Source: Neoechinorhynchus agilis (Eukaryota > Animalia > Acanthocephala). Taken from it: a stretch of DNA of 64,000 nucleotides. Made by a program: the position numbers and the translations under genes. The notes below the pieces were generated by a model that searched no databases, had not been told where the DNA came from, and worked only from the letters and a program-made list of their open reading frames with translations. This document shows, piece by piece, positions 1-13,394 of this stretch; the stretch's first letter is position 1; the number at the start of each line of letters is the position of its first letter. Where the stretch lies: the NCBI GenBank assembly GCA_051530055.1, contig CM121342.1, forward strand, positions 1,026,797 to 1,090,796, written 5' to 3'.

Positions 1-756
1 AGAGGCTATCTGGTTAAGTATTGGCGATTTGCCCACTGCTTCAGAGAACGAATTCAAATTTGCGGAATGTAGAGAACTTAATTTACCTTTTGATAGCGAA
101 TTATAATAAAAAAAAATTATATCTTTTTTTATAATTGACGCTTTGTTTTCAAACAAACGAAACAAACACACAACAACAAAACGTTCCAACAATCACCACC
201 GCCCACGAAGAAGAGGCATCGCTCTCCCCTCAGTGGTCGCGACCACAATCGCTGCGTTTCCTCCTTGGATCGCTTTATTTGATAATTTTCGGCATCGCGT
301 AGGCCGTCTTCAGTCTAGTTTTTAGAGTGACAGTCTTTTTTTCCGTCTCGGCAAAGATTTTCCTCGATGATATGTGGAAAAGCAGCCCATGTTCCCACAT
401 TTGGCGTCTAGCCAAATTTATCTGCACTATTTTTGGATGAGTTGCGATTCACTTAAAGAGGGGATTTTGAGGTCGGTGACATGGAGAGGGGATTGAATTC
501 TATTGATCATACTCGTAAGATTAAGATGACACAAGGCAGACCATCGGATTATCGGTCGTTTCTGAATTCGTTTTTCAAAGTTAATCAGATCACGGATTTC
601 AGTTGGTATCGCAAAAAGGACAGTCACGCATCGAAAATTCCATTATCCTCGAATGATGAAACAAGCAATTTATGCTGAGATTCACATTACAGCAATAATT
701 TGCATATCGTAATTATTGGAGAAACGATTGGCTCTAGACGGAATGAACGCAATTTT
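1..756. repeat. Left arm of a near-identical inverted duplication (partner 19945-20700); may extend beyond the window start
   Basis: Position n pairs with 20701-n; ORFs 143..325 and 481..678 mirror 20376..20558 and 20023..20220; I noticed only two substitutions. Confidence 0.95.
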
Positions 757-1328
757 CGCTGATAATGGATAAGAGAAGCGATACCGAAAGATGATCTTTC
801 ACTAAATCGATATGAAGGAAAATTGTAGTTTTTTTTACATATATTTCTTTTGATGAATTTCCACAAATATCGAAATGCTATTAAAAGATATTGGCAATGT
901 CTGGATGTACCTACGTTTGTGAAACAGGATTATCTGGTCAAAAGTCAGTAGTTCAGCATATCACTAAAAAAAGTTAAAATCGTATTTCTCTGCTTGTTCA
1001 ATAGACATTCGTCGTCTGAATTGCTACTATTTTTGAAAATGTATTTACGTTTAATATTTTCATCGTAGCAAAAAATATGCAGTGATTGGGATGAGATGAG
1101 GGTGCAATACAGCTTTAAATAATTGAAATGCAACATAGTATTGATCTTCGTTAGAAACCCAAGCATACATTATCAATTCAGGTTTGGATGACATATATTT
1201 CTGGTGAATTTCTACAAATGGCGAGACGCCGCAAAAAGATATTAACAATTTTTGGAAGTACCTACGTTTGTGATACTGGATTAACTGGTCAAAAGTCAGC
1301 AGTTCTACACATCACTAAAAAAAGTAGA

Positions 1329-2230
1329 AGATGAGCTCCATAGTGGCCTTTGAAAGGATAACTTCAATCCAGAATGGTCTCGACGACAAAGACGAGATGG
1401 CAATCACGATATCGCTCAAGAGAGTGTCAGCAATAAGAATTTGCATACCAGGCAAAGGATATTCTTTGGTAGCGGTGTACATGGAAGATTATCAGAACAG
1501 TGCTTTGAAACTTCTGAAGTCAGACAAATTTGAGAGGCTAGCAAAAGATACAGCGCGAAATATAGTCCAATTTTAACAGTTTACTTGGTAACTTGTAAAA
1601 CCAGTCTCTTAAAGTTCAACGATTCTCAAATATGACCAGATCATCATTAACTGCGGAACCGTTTCTCTGTCTCCTTCCGAAGATTCACGAGCCCGTCCCT
1701 CGATACCGTCTATTTATAGCTTCCTATATGTGTGTTAATCAGCGCTCATCCAAAAAGATCAATGCATTTTTAAGATTAATTTTACAAATCTCCGCTTCAC
1801 ACATTAAAGATGGTTTAACGTTTGCGATTGAGATTAGGAAAATAAACATTGTGCACTACAGAATGTTTACGGTCAATGTGAACATCCACTTCACCAATGT
1901 TTTCAGCCGACGTACTCACTAAGCATTGCAGCGAACAATGTTTGGACCTTGGTATGTGGCATTCTTAATCCAATGGTGCATGAGCATGACAGCCTTTGAA
2001 TTTGAGGGTACCTTCTACGATCAAAAAGATGGCGTATCCTTGGGATCGCCATTAGCTCGACCTTAGCTGACATATACAAGCGTGAATGGCAGTCCACTTT
2101 CTTGGAACTCCATAATAATAACACGTTTATTGTTAAAAAAATATACAAAGAATAGGAGCGAATATTTTTTATGAATGATTATCACGCTTATTGGTAAAAA
2201 ATACAGAATAGGACCATGTACCTTTGGGTC
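1329..2230 (+). mobile_element. Degenerate Penelope-like element RT fragment
   Basis: Frameshifted peptides DEMAITISLKRV, FLCLLPKIHEP..YRLFIASY, HIKDGLTFAIEIRK, AFEFEGTFYDQKDG match the better-preserved RT ORF 25978..27003. Confidence 0.85.
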
Positions 2231-2269
2231 CTCATAAGCACTCAAGTTTACAGTTGTTCCAAAAAAGCG

Positions 2270-2410
2270 TATCCTCTAGGATGGGAATATCTGATTCGAG
2301 AGATGTCCATTCGGCTGGGACTATCCAGTCTTGGCATGTTCGTTCGGGTGAAAATCTGTCCCTTCGTTCGAGAATATCCGATTGGATTGGAAGGTCCGTT
2401 CTGGTGGTAA
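2270..2410. repeat. Diverged copy of the minisatellite family found at 38960-39520
   Basis: GGGAATATC / GAAAATCTGTC / GTCCGTTCTGGTGG motifs match the reverse complement of the 39 kb array. Confidence 0.6.
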
Positions 2411-3764
2411 TTGATGTTTATTGTTTTCAGGAGCGCTTATAAGGTAGGTCTTTCCTCAGGTTCATTTCCTCAAGTTAATTTTTCCACTTCTGTGAAGAAA
2501 GTCTCTAATCTGACACATTTCAGTGATGAAAATTGGCTTAACAAAGCAATTATCGGTTGATTAAAATTAATGACATATAAAGGCCCACACTTAACACCAC
2601 ATTAAAATTTAGTTTTCTTTGTTGAATTTTTAATTGTGATCTTATCATGCTCGCTGATAATTTTCACGGTGACACTCTTAGCTCATTCGGTAATTTGGAA
2701 AACTCTAGCAACCTACTTTTAACGACAATAAACAGATTCTTAAATTTAAAAATTAATTAATGCGGCTTTGGGCAATCAGAATTAAAGTTAGAAAAACCGA
2801 GAATTGCACGCAGAATAAATCCCAAGTAATTTTAAAGTTTGAACCTATTTAAGAGATCTGGTAATGTTCTTTAAAAGTTTAATCTTATTATGACTCGTAA
2901 AAATGTCGCTAAACCGAAATTTGCACGCAAGAACAGTTTGGATTAGCATGATTGTAAGATGTGCACAAAGGATTGAATAAGATTTAATAATCAAAAAATT
3001 TAGAATTGGCAAAGCGTAGTTTGTAAATTCAGGATAATCGAATTTCTGCCTACGATAATCAGTGGTGACGAAATAAAAGACGCAAAACTCATAATTGCGC
3101 TGGGAGTACGAAAGAAAGCAAAAATGGCACCTAATCGCATTTAGGGATGCGTACATTTCTGAAGCTCATGGTTTAAGTGATTTTTACGCCCATGCCGAGA
3201 AGATTGCAGCTGTCGTAAATAAATTAATAGTTATTTTTTAAGGCTCGTAATTTTTTAAGGCTAGTTATTTTTGCCATTTACCGACTGTTTTTGTCGTCGT
3301 TCCAATTTTCATAAATAGCGAAGTGATTCCGCGTAATTTTTTTGACGGTTCGTTTTTCGCTATTTCTTGTGCTCTGATTGGGGTTTAAATTGTTGCTCGT
3401 GCGAATGAAAAAAGTGTTCTTATAAACTTTTTGAGTAAAATGAAAATTTTATCAGGATCTGAGCTTTAGAACATCTTTAGCCTCGATTGCCTCGATGTTA
3501 CATCCAGCATTCCCTCTTGAATCGCGGAATAAGGAAACTACAAAAAAAATCGTTCTGTAGCAACCTATCAACGCTTTTTATCAGCTTCTTTCGAAAATGG
3601 GCTCAGAAATATTCAGTTAACTTCAATTTCATGAACATGTATTGGTTGTTTTGTAATTGTATCGATGAAAAGCTTTTGAAAGTAATCGTGTTTTGACATT
3701 ATTTTGATAATCTCTCTAAGCGCTTGCTCTGTCGCTTTCATTAAGTTAAAATTAAAGTTAAGGC

Positions 3765-3943
3765 AATTTTAGATAATTTAATTTGACAAATAGGACCTAG
3801 AGTTTATTTATTTGCCTAGCTTTCGCCGTTCTACTGCTTCAACTGAGCAATTGTTTGCGAAGAAAAATTCGCCGTAAAACGGCGAAAGCTAAACAAATAA
3901 ATGAACTCTAGGTTGCATTTGTCAAATTAAATTATCTAAAATT
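3765..3943. mobile_element. MITE-like element with ~65 bp imperfect terminal inverted repeats
   Basis: AATTTTAGATAATTTAATTTGACAAAT...CTTTCGCCGTT mirrors AACGGCGAAAG...ATTTGTCAAATTAAATTATCTAAAATT. Confidence 0.8.
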
Positions 3944-5368
3944 AAGACATGCGCCTGGGAAATCTAGCAGCGATTTACACTATCAATTGTCGGCCTTTAT
4001 TTTTTTAATGTTTTTCTAAATCCGTTTGTTAAAATCGAACAATTACGTAATTAACGACTATTTTTCCATTTACGATTCCGTGTTCGTCGTTTTGAGATGG
4101 CAGCGGTTTAAACGACCGTCATCCGCAAAACAAAAGGAGAGTAACGACGTTTCGCGATTACTCTTGACGAAATGACCTCAAATCCTTTCCTCGGCGGTAA
4201 CGTCAGCAGACGAAATTGATCGATTTTTACGTGAGTTTCAGACTCGTTGAATAGAAAAAAACTGCCGTACAGGTTCTGCTTTATTTGTTAGATGGTCGGT
4301 AAATTCGGCAATTTTAAGTTTTATTAAGACGAAAAGTCTAAGCCGAGATAATTGCTACCTATGAAACGGTATCGATTGATAGGCACAATATTTCGATTCT
4401 TTATTAAACTGAAAATTGGATATCCGAGATTCAGAAATTGAATGCTGGATGCATTCTCGAGGCGATGGAAGATTTATCGTTGTTCGCATTAAAACTTTGA
4501 GCGGGAAAAAAAGGAAATTTGAATATTGGAACAATTTTTTTATCCTTTACTTTTAGTCTACAAGTTGGAAAATAAGTAGTAAATTGTCAAACTGCTAAAA
4601 TTACGCGTGCAGAATCTTTCTTAGAGAACTTGAATTTCGTTCACTTCCAAGTAAATATTCTTTTCCAATTCGAATCGATTACCAATCGATAAGCCCAATG
4701 ATTTGAATTTCACAACTAAATTTTCGTTTTTTGGATTATCCTAAACGCAATTCGCTTGATCATGTCTAGATTGAAATAACAATATTCTCCGATCCTTCGA
4801 TTGCTTTGTGCAAATAAAAGCCTGATGGAGAAAAGGTAGACCTCGTCGGCCTCTACTTGTGAGTTCTGAGGGATAATTTTGTTTTTTACGAATTTGCCCA
4901 GTTTTTTTTAATTGTGACGCTCATTGCAGCATAAAGTTCAGCGCGATGAATGCGCTACTTCGATTTAAGTGCTAGTTTTTGTGTTTGAAGACAGCAGCTA
5001 TAGTGGTCCACTGGAAAGGTCGGTTTTTCTTAGTGGGTTTCAACGGTACCTGAAGGCACGAATTCTAGAAACTCGAACCTTTAATCTAACGGAATGTTCA
5101 TTTGATATACGGTTTTGTCTTTTCAGGGGCGCAAAATCCTTCAATCAAATTCTCTTTCAGGTGAGCGATAAAAATAGTGCAAAGAAATCTATAGCTTTCG
5201 CTATCGACGACGGGAAAAGTTTCAATACAACTGATTTGTCAATCTGCGATCTCTCATAGGCTAAAAGGAAGCAGCTCTTATGCAAAGTACTTAGACTGTT
5301 CGGAGAAATCTTCGTCAAATGCATCATAAGAGTTAGTCAATGTGAGGAAATCACGGAAGCAACGAAGA

Positions 5369-5513
5369 TGTAGGGAAGGCGAGCCTGGAAATCTGAGTGG
5401 AAGTGAACAAACTTATCATATTGCTTTATTAACAGCACACACAAACGTGCTGCCACACTACTACCATAATAATCAATGGCACACTCTACATACGTCACTC
5501 GTCACCGCACACA
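5369..5513 (-). repeat. Probable 3' LTR of the Gypsy element
   Basis: On the minus strand, polypurine tract GGAGGAGAAGAGA is followed by TG...CA (145 bp) containing AATAAA; no second LTR found. Confidence 0.6.
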
Positions 5514-8500
5514 TCTCTTCCTCCAATCAAACTTGAAACGTTGTGGAGGTCGTCTTATTCTTGTGCTTCTCCGCAGTAGCTTCTCTGGTTCCTTTTTAGC
5601 GATAGCTTCTCCTTTTTTGCCCGGTCGTCGACGGTCTCGCTTGCTTCTTTTTCAGGCACTGGTTTCTCCTCCTTCACCGAATCCCCTTCGTTCCTTGAAG
5701 ACGACTCCTCTTCCTCATCCGTCTCTGTGGATCTCGATCCATCCTATTCTCTGTGGTTCTATCTTAGCGAACTTTGTTTCATCCGACTCTGCACTGCTAG
5801 TCTCTTTTCACCATCTGTGCCGTAAATAGTCCCAATGAATCCTCTGCTCTTCACCGTTTTCGCCAACAACGCGATAAGATACCGGCCCTGCCCTGCGCTC
5901 TATCTTTCGTTCCATTTATCATTTATAGGTCGCTTATACCAAATTAAGTCCTTGTCTTGAAATTGGTGCTCTTTCTTCAGATCGAACTTCTCTTTCGAAT
6001 TTTCTGAGGCGTCTTTTTTTATCAATTGATGCATGCATATTGTCGAACAATGTGGTCAAACGTCTGCCTATTAATTTTTCAGCTGGTGTTATCTTGGTGA
6101 CATTGTTCTCGGAATTTCTCTAATTAAAAAGAAACGCCCATAATTCCTCTTGATTAATATCCCGATTTTGTCCATCGTTCTTCGTTTGAAAGTACCAACC
6201 ATTCGTTCTACTAACCCATTGGTCTGAGAGTGATATGGACTCGATTTAATATGCGGAATTCCCGGTTCTTTACGAAATACTTCAAACTGTTCTGACGTGA
6301 ATTGGGGACCATTGTCGGAGACAATCTGTTTTCGAATTCCGAATCTGGCAAAGCAATCTTTGAGTTTGGCTATCACACTACCGATTGTTGCTCAACTTCC
6401 CAATTTCCAAATCTCTGGCCACTTACTCGTGGCATCCACTAACAGAAAACATCTTACCATAGACGGGCCCTGCCAAATCATGGTGTTGCTGGAGTATCCC
6501 GTGGATACATCGGTTTTCCTTTCTTCAAAACTCTTCGCTTCTAGCAGTGTTTGCATTGATTGACGAAGATTTCCACGTCTGCTCCAATTTTCGGCCACCA
6601 AACATAATGTCTTGATAGGTTTCTCATGGCCTCGATACCCGGATGACCTTCGTGGAGCATACTCAACACCGCTGGGCGCAATTGCTTAGGAATTACAATT
6701 CTTTGCCGCATCATGATGTGCCGTTTTCCTCTGACAATTCGCTTCTTCGGTTCTAGTATTTCTTTTCATTTCCATTTATCTTGAGCTCCCAACCGTAATT
6801 CAAAAACCTGACTATTCTTTGAGTCTCATCATCGCATTTCGTAGCCTCGATAATCGTTATTATTGAAAGCTGACATTGTTTGGCACCTTCGTTCTGAATC
6901 GTGAACAACGTCCTGGCGTCGATAGTGTTCTCTGCTTCTAGACTTAATGGGTTGGGTAAGCGAGATAGACAATCGGCATACAAATTCGTTTTGCCCTTCA
7001 CATATCGTAATCGTACTCGCCCAAAAGGATCGCCCAACGTACTATCCGTTCATTGATCATCTTGCTTAATGTTCTGTTTTATCCAAATATATGCCTTAAC
7101 GGTTGATGATCCGTTTTGATCTTAAATTGTCGGCCAAAAAGGTATTTATGAAATCTCTTGACCCCATATACGATAGCCAGCGCTTCCTTATCCAACGTTG
7201 AATATTTTAGCTCTGCTGGGCTGAGTTTCTTGGAAGCAAACATGATAGGCATATTTTTCTGGTTTCGCTCGTCAAATTGGAAAATAGCAGCTCCAACTCC
7301 TTTCTCGGTAGCATCACAAGCTATGGTCACTGGTTTTGTTTCATCGAATAGGATCAAGCTGATATGATTCGATACGGCCTCCTTGACATCAATAAACGCA
7401 TTTTTTTCATTTTTGCCTTATTTCCACTTGGCATTCACTCTAAGCAAATCCTGCAACGGTACATAAATTGTTTGCAAATGTGGTATGAATTTGTCTAAGA
7501 AGTTCACCGCACCTAACAAAGATCGCAGCTCTTTTTTACAAACAGGATCTGCAGCTAGTTTCAAATTATCCACTCGTTCTGCACTTGCCTGCCGTTTCCC
7601 CTTCCCCAGAGAAATTTACATTTGTCCTTTACTCGCACTCCAGCCGATTCCAACCTTTAGAGGAATCTTCAAGTTCCGCAAATGATCCTCATCATTCGTC
7701 CCCGAGACTAATATCATCAAGATATGCTTGTGTCATCGGCGCGTCCTCAAGCAGTTCATACATGAACCGTTGAAACATCTTCGGAGCTGCCGAAATTCCG
7801 AATGGGAGCCTTTGATAACTGAACAACCCCCAGGGAGTTACAATCGTCAATAATCCCTTACTTTTCTCGTCGACTTCCAATTGTAAATATGCATCAGCCA
7901 GGTCTAAGATAGAATACTTCTCACCATTGACCAATTTACCCGCTAGTTCCTCCATACTTGGAATTTTTGCTAGCTATCCATCTTCATGAATTTATTGACA
8001 GTCACCTTAAAGTCTCCCCAAATCCGAATCGTTCCATCGGGTTTCTTTATGGGTACAATCGGTGTTGCCTATTCGATTGACTGTTCGGCACCCTGCACTG
8101 GTTTTAGAATTCCTTCGCCTTCCAGACTGTAATTCTTCTTTGATCGGTTCAATCAATGCGAATGGTATCCTACGAGCTGGCAGAAAAATAATTTCGGCAT
8201 TCGTCTTCAGTGGGAATTTTACTTTATAATTCTTGATCGGGTATTGTGCTTTTCGAAATACATTCGCATAATCATCAACAAGCTTTTGTAAACGTCCGTC
8301 CGTTGATCCTTCGTTAACGGTATTTACGAAAACCTGATCAGTCAGCTTCATGTCGAATACCCTGCACCATGGTAGTCCGAACAAACATCGGGGTGCCCTA
8401 TCTATCACAGTTAACCGGGGCCTTCTTCCTTTGATTTGCAACTTTCACCCGTACTTTGCATTGCCCAAAATTTGGTATCCTCGATCCACTGAAACCGGTG

Positions 8501-9300
8501 AATGATTGGTCGCCTTCCGGAGCTGGTTTCTCTATGCGATTCCAAACGGCTTTACTTATTGTACTGACATCGACACCTGTGTCAACTTGTATCGAAACTC
8601 TAGAACCATTTATCCTGACTTCCACCCATGCTTGCTTTTGGATCGGTATTTTCTCAATTTTTGTAACCTGAAATTCTTTCTCGCTCGAATCGGGGCTGAT
8701 TCGCTATAGCATGCTCACATTTTGACTCCGGCACTTTCTAGCGACATGGTCATATCTTCCACACTAGAAACACTTGATCATCCGTGCTTTACATTGGTAA
8801 TTTTGACCATGACCTAGTCCACATTTAGAGCATTCGTTTCTCCGATTTTTGAGGCCTCTTGAATTTCTTTTTATCGGCCACACGTGCTCTTCGATCTCAG
8901 CTGCAGGTTTCGGGATCATCTCCATCGCTCTTGCCGTTGCTTCGAATTTAAGAGATATTTCCTGAAGCATTTCAAACCTAAGATTCTCCGCCTGTAACGC
9001 AGCTCTTCTGACTGCTTCATATGATCCCTCAACCTTTCTGACAAAGCCTGCTCTTCCGTTTCTATCTCTTTTTTTATATAATTTGCAGTCTTCTGCAGCT
9101 CTCTTTAGTTCAGCAAACCATTCAGAATAAGTTTGTTCTGTCTTCATCAAAACTTGACCGAACTTATATCGAGCCGTCATCTCGTTCCCGAGCATTCCCA
9201 GCAGACTTAAAAGCGTGTTGCAAATTTGCTCATAACTCACAAGCTCAACTTATCTCGGGTCAGAATATTCGTCAATTGACGAAACTTCAACTCCCTTGTT
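5369..9300 (-). mobile_element. Degenerate Ty3/Gypsy LTR retrotransposon (gag-ZnK, PR, RT, RH, IN); 5' end cut off by a non-LTR insertion
   Basis: Gag with Cys/His knuckle 8764..9240; protease VDTGVDVST 8398..8625; RT YLDD 7692..7955; RNase H IACDATEKGVGA 7079..7357; integrase IVSDNGPQF / SSPYHSQTNGLVER 6089..6376; PR-RT-RH-IN order; many frameshifts. Confidence 0.93.
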
Positions 9301-10760
9301 GTTAAAAAGTGGCCAGAAATAGGAGTTCAACAAGGGTATCCCTTGGGCCCAATAGCCTTTTCACTTACAGTCAATCCCGTCGCGCACTCTCTTCAGTCCA
9401 GCTTTAACGGCTGGTACCTTGATGATTTAACGCTCGCAGGTAACCCTTCTGTAGTACTGCGCGATTTGGAAACAATCCTGAAGAAGACGGTGAAAATTGG
9501 CATTGAATTGAATACTGCGAAATGCGAGATTTTAGTAATGAACGTGGAAGATGAGGCGTCCAGACAAACTATCGTGAAAGTTTTTCAGAACCTGATCCCG
9601 GGATTGAATTGATCACTCTAGACCGGTTGAGTCTTTGTTGAAGAAGAGGTTGCCAATCTTCAACCGCAACTTTCGGCGCTGTGCGAACGATTTAATGAAT
9701 TATCTTCACACGAGGCTCTGTTCCTGCGCACAACACCTTTTCTAGACATAAGGATAAGCTGGCTGCGTCCTTGTCTGTGTCGTCCGGCGGTTTTTGGTAT
9801 TCGAAAAGCAACCGATATTTCTCTGCCAGCTTATTTGGAATCATATGAAGCAAGTCGCAAAATAGTTCAATCCTTTGTTGGCGAGAATTACACTTTGGAT
9901 GAAGATTTCGTTGAGGCTCTCAATCTTTGATGTGGAGATTCAGGCGGTGAGCAGGTACCCGTCAATGGTTGCAAACAATCAGTTTGTGATTCAACCCTAA
10001 TTGCGAGAATTCATAACTCTTTAATTTCAGATTTTCGTTACTTGGTGAACCGAACTCGATTGGCGGCGGTCTCTACAAAAGAATCGGGTGATTGGCTCAA
10101 CGCTATCCTAATCGCTTCTTTGTGTACCCTTCTCTCCGACGAGACAGTAAGAATTGCAGTATCTTTAAGACTTGGGGTACCGATGTACACATCCCATCGC
10201 TGCCGTCGCGGAGGGACCGTGGAACCATCGGGACGCCATGGTATCGTTTGTCGGTAATCAGGCCTGAGGTACTCACGACACGCCGAAGTGAACGCAATTC
10301 TCTTAGTTACTGTGAATAACATCCTAGAGCCGAGCAATCTTTGCCGACTCAATAGCCGTAGACCGGACGGTGTCACATTATTCTCCACGCGAGAAGGCAA
10401 ATGCCTTCCCTGGAACGCCACGTTCGCAGCCAGCAACATAAAATTCGCCACAATTAAACCAGGGGAGCAGTAACAGTCGATGAAGAACGCAAAAAGACAA
10501 AATACCGGGCCTAGGTCGAAATCATTATTTCGTTCCTTTCGGCGTCAAGACATTCGGTTCGTTTGGTACCGCGGCGCAAGACCTGATCAAGCGATTGAGA
10601 CGAATCACTGGCGATCCAAGATCAGGAGAATTCCTCCTACAAAGCATAAATCTGACTCTGCGACAAGGGAACGCTGCATCAGTCCTTTCGACCGTTACAC
10701 CAGGACGGCAGCTGAATGATCCAGAGCGTTGGTGTGAATGATTTCTGCTCCGGGATTAAG
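9301..10760 (+). mobile_element. 5'-truncated CRE-clade-like non-LTR retrotransposon (RT, zinc knuckle, restriction-like endonuclease), degenerate
   Basis: GVQQGxPLGP and WYLDD RT motifs; CRRGGTVEPSGRHGIVC knuckle; RRPDGVT REL motif; QGNAASV-like C-terminus. Confidence 0.85.
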
Positions 10761-10889
10761 TGAACCTTTATAAGATCTTTTCAAATAAAAAATATATTGT
10801 AGTTTCGATAACCCACAAATAAAATGTTATGAAATATCATTTTCTTGTATTTATCAGCTGATTTTTTCGACCGCATGTACATATTTATA

Positions 10890-11185
10890 TTGATGCGCAT
10901 TAGCAATTTCGGCGGTCGGAGGAACTTTGTTTTTACATCAAAGAAGTGACGTTACCTCTTTAACTCGGATGAAACGTTAAGAGTTCGTACATCTCTCCGG
11001 ATCCTCAGATACCTCCAGGAGGCCGGACTCATCAGTGAGTTTCATCCCTTCAGCGGTATTTCGCCCCCTTTGGTTGTGCGTCATTGGCGATCGTGGATTC
11101 GAACCCTTTGACCCTGAAACAAGGATTCGGGGCACGAGTCCACTTGACCACCTCTACACAACTACGAAATGTACAAACCCAGCTG
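10890..11185 (-). mobile_element. tRNA-derived SINE copy (left arm of an inverted pair)
   Basis: Minus strand reads GTAGTTGTGTAGAGGTGGTCAAG (A-box-like)...GGGTTCGAATCC (B box), then the ribozyme core and the shared tail. Confidence 0.85.
11004..11068 (-). ncRNA. Putative non-circularly permuted hammerhead ribozyme (second copy)
   Basis: GGGC GAAA TACC ... CTCA CTGATGA GTCC ... GGTA TC TGAG; stem II keeps pairing through a G-U wobble. Confidence 0.6.
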
Positions 11186-11243
11186 GCGAAATCGGTCTGC
11201 TCAACCACATGTCTTTATCATTTTGTTGCATTTGTCAGCTGAT

Positions 11244-11440
11244 CAGGGTCAAAGGGTTCGAATCCACGATCGCCAGTGACGCACAACCAAAGGGGACGAA
11301 ATACCGCTGAAGGGAGGAAACTCACTGATGAGTCCCGCCTCCTGGAGGTATCTGAGGATCCGGAGAGATGTACGAATTCTTAACGTTTCATGTAAAAACA
11401 AAGTTCCTCCGACCGCCGAAATTGCAAATGCACATCAATA
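11244..11440 (+). mobile_element. 5'-truncated SINE copy (right arm of the inverted pair)
   Basis: Reverse complement of ~10890-11115 with few differences; starts just before the B box. Confidence 0.85.
11292..11356 (+). ncRNA. Putative non-circularly permuted hammerhead ribozyme; predicted cleavage after C11352 (AUC)
   Basis: GGGAC-GAAA-TACC (11293-11305), CTCA-CTGATGA-GTCCC (11321-11336), GGTA-TC-TGAG (11347-11356); all core nucleotides present and stems I, II, III pair. Confidence 0.65.
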
Positions 11441-11834
11441 GAAATGTTATGAAATATTTAAATGTCGATAGACTTATTGTCTAGGTCTACATTCGGTTAA
11501 TATTTTTTTGAACGTTTCGAACCAAAATAGCTTTTGTCTACAAAGTTTCTAGTAACCAATACAACATCAATTACGTTTGACAAGCAGGCCGGAATCTGAA
11601 GATAAGATTGCATCGTCGAATTTCGCACTACACGTGGTGCAAACTAGCCGTGTTGTCAATTACAACCCAAAAATGGTTTTAGCAAGTGAACATAATAACT
11701 TTCGAAAGAACAGAAACCGGATATAAATTACCAACGAGATTACAAACCTTGTCTTCAACACTAAAAAAATGGAACAACACAATCAACGATACGCGCGCGT
11801 TCGAGAGCAGAATAACCATTCAACTACTTGTATT

Positions 11835-11880
11835 TTAAAACTGATGATGAACCCGACGAGGCTCGAAACGTTTTTAATAA
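11835..11880 (+). ncRNA. Minimal Penelope-type hammerhead motif, probably degenerate, in a pLTR remnant
   Basis: AAAA CTGATGA T GAACC..GGCTC GAA ACGT T TTT with palindromic stem III; upstream GCAGAATAACCATT is shared with the Penelope 3' flank at ~37059. Confidence 0.5.
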
Positions 11881-13394
11881 AATATTATTTACCCGGTGAA
11901 AACCTAAACAAAAGGTCTATGAAGTATTTTCTTAGGTGGGAAATAATGCGTTTTACTTTGGAGTCTCTTGCAGGATTCAATTTATCATCTTTGTGTCGAT
12001 TTTTCCTTGTTAAAAAGGTTATATATTAAAGTCATTTTGCAAATCGAATGATATAATTAATTTTTTGAATCTAACAATTATATGCATTAATTGGCCGGTG
12101 TCGAAACAGCAATAGTGCGAGATAACTCGGTGAAACAAGTTAATCGCTTTTGTTGTTTAAGAGCTTTGTCAGTAACCGGGAGGGGGATTTATTTCACGTT
12201 GAAGCTTTTGAAAGTGTATTTCACTTTTAACACCGAGAAATGGGCGATAAATATTCTGCGATATCCAAACCTGGGATACGATCATTCAAATCATAGGTGG
12301 CGTTAAGCAACTTTCAAAGTACATCATTTTTCCACAAATCGGTCGGTCAGAGGCAGATACTAAGCGAACACTTAAAAAAAATCTCAAATGCCATGAGTAA
12401 ATTTAAAATCACATTGATTGAAAAATAAGCGAATTATTACAAGAACGACGAATCTTACATAGAAAACTCTAATAACATTTCATCGCTGCACTAGAGCTAT
12501 TTCATAAGTTTCTCGATTTGGTCACCTGCCATCGTCTGAGATGGATGCAATTATTTTATATTTTTTTCTTATCCTTTCGCAGATCTGATGATGGAGCCAC
12601 GCTAATCGAATTTGCGAGCACTGAGTATTCTTCATTTAAAGCATTGGGTTTAACAGATGGTAAGAAAAATGAACATTAGAAGAATCGCTGAACAAAGTAG
12701 TTCACTTGTGTCTAAATCCCAGAGCAGATAACTTTTATTGTTCCAATTATAAATGAAAATAGTGATGCTTCTCAAAGGCGATCGTATAAAAATGAGGTGA
12801 GAAAGGAGCAGACACTTTACGGTGTCGGATTCGTTCAGTGTAAGATTCTTATACATGGAGATGGGCAATGAAACGAACAGAATGAAAAACACCGGAAAAG
12901 GCATATTTCAAATGATGAGAATATTTGCGATTCGAAGAACTTAGCGAATCGTCAAAGTGCGTAAAATGAATTTGATTCCACTATTAACGCCATCGATGCG
13001 AAGTAGTTAAATTTGCGGAATAAAGGAATTCCGTTTGAAATAAAAACTAAACGTCCATTGTCGAAATAGAGTAAACGATTTGAAGAACGACAACAAACTG
13101 ATTACTTCGCAATTGTTCTTGGGCCCTTATATTAGCAGACTGTAACACATTGATCCAATCTCCTTGAATAAGTTTACTCTATCAACACCTCCGTCCAACA
13201 TGAACTGTAATAATATTGTCAAAACAATGGAGCAGCTCAGATCAATGCTTTTAAGACCGTGTGAATTAAAGGATCCGCTCACGAGCTCTATGAATCGAGA
13301 TTAGAATTTCAAACTCATCTTTTCGTTCATGATTCAAAATCACGATCGAGAATATCAAGCGAGCGGAAGTTCTCGGGCACGATAATAAGGTTTA

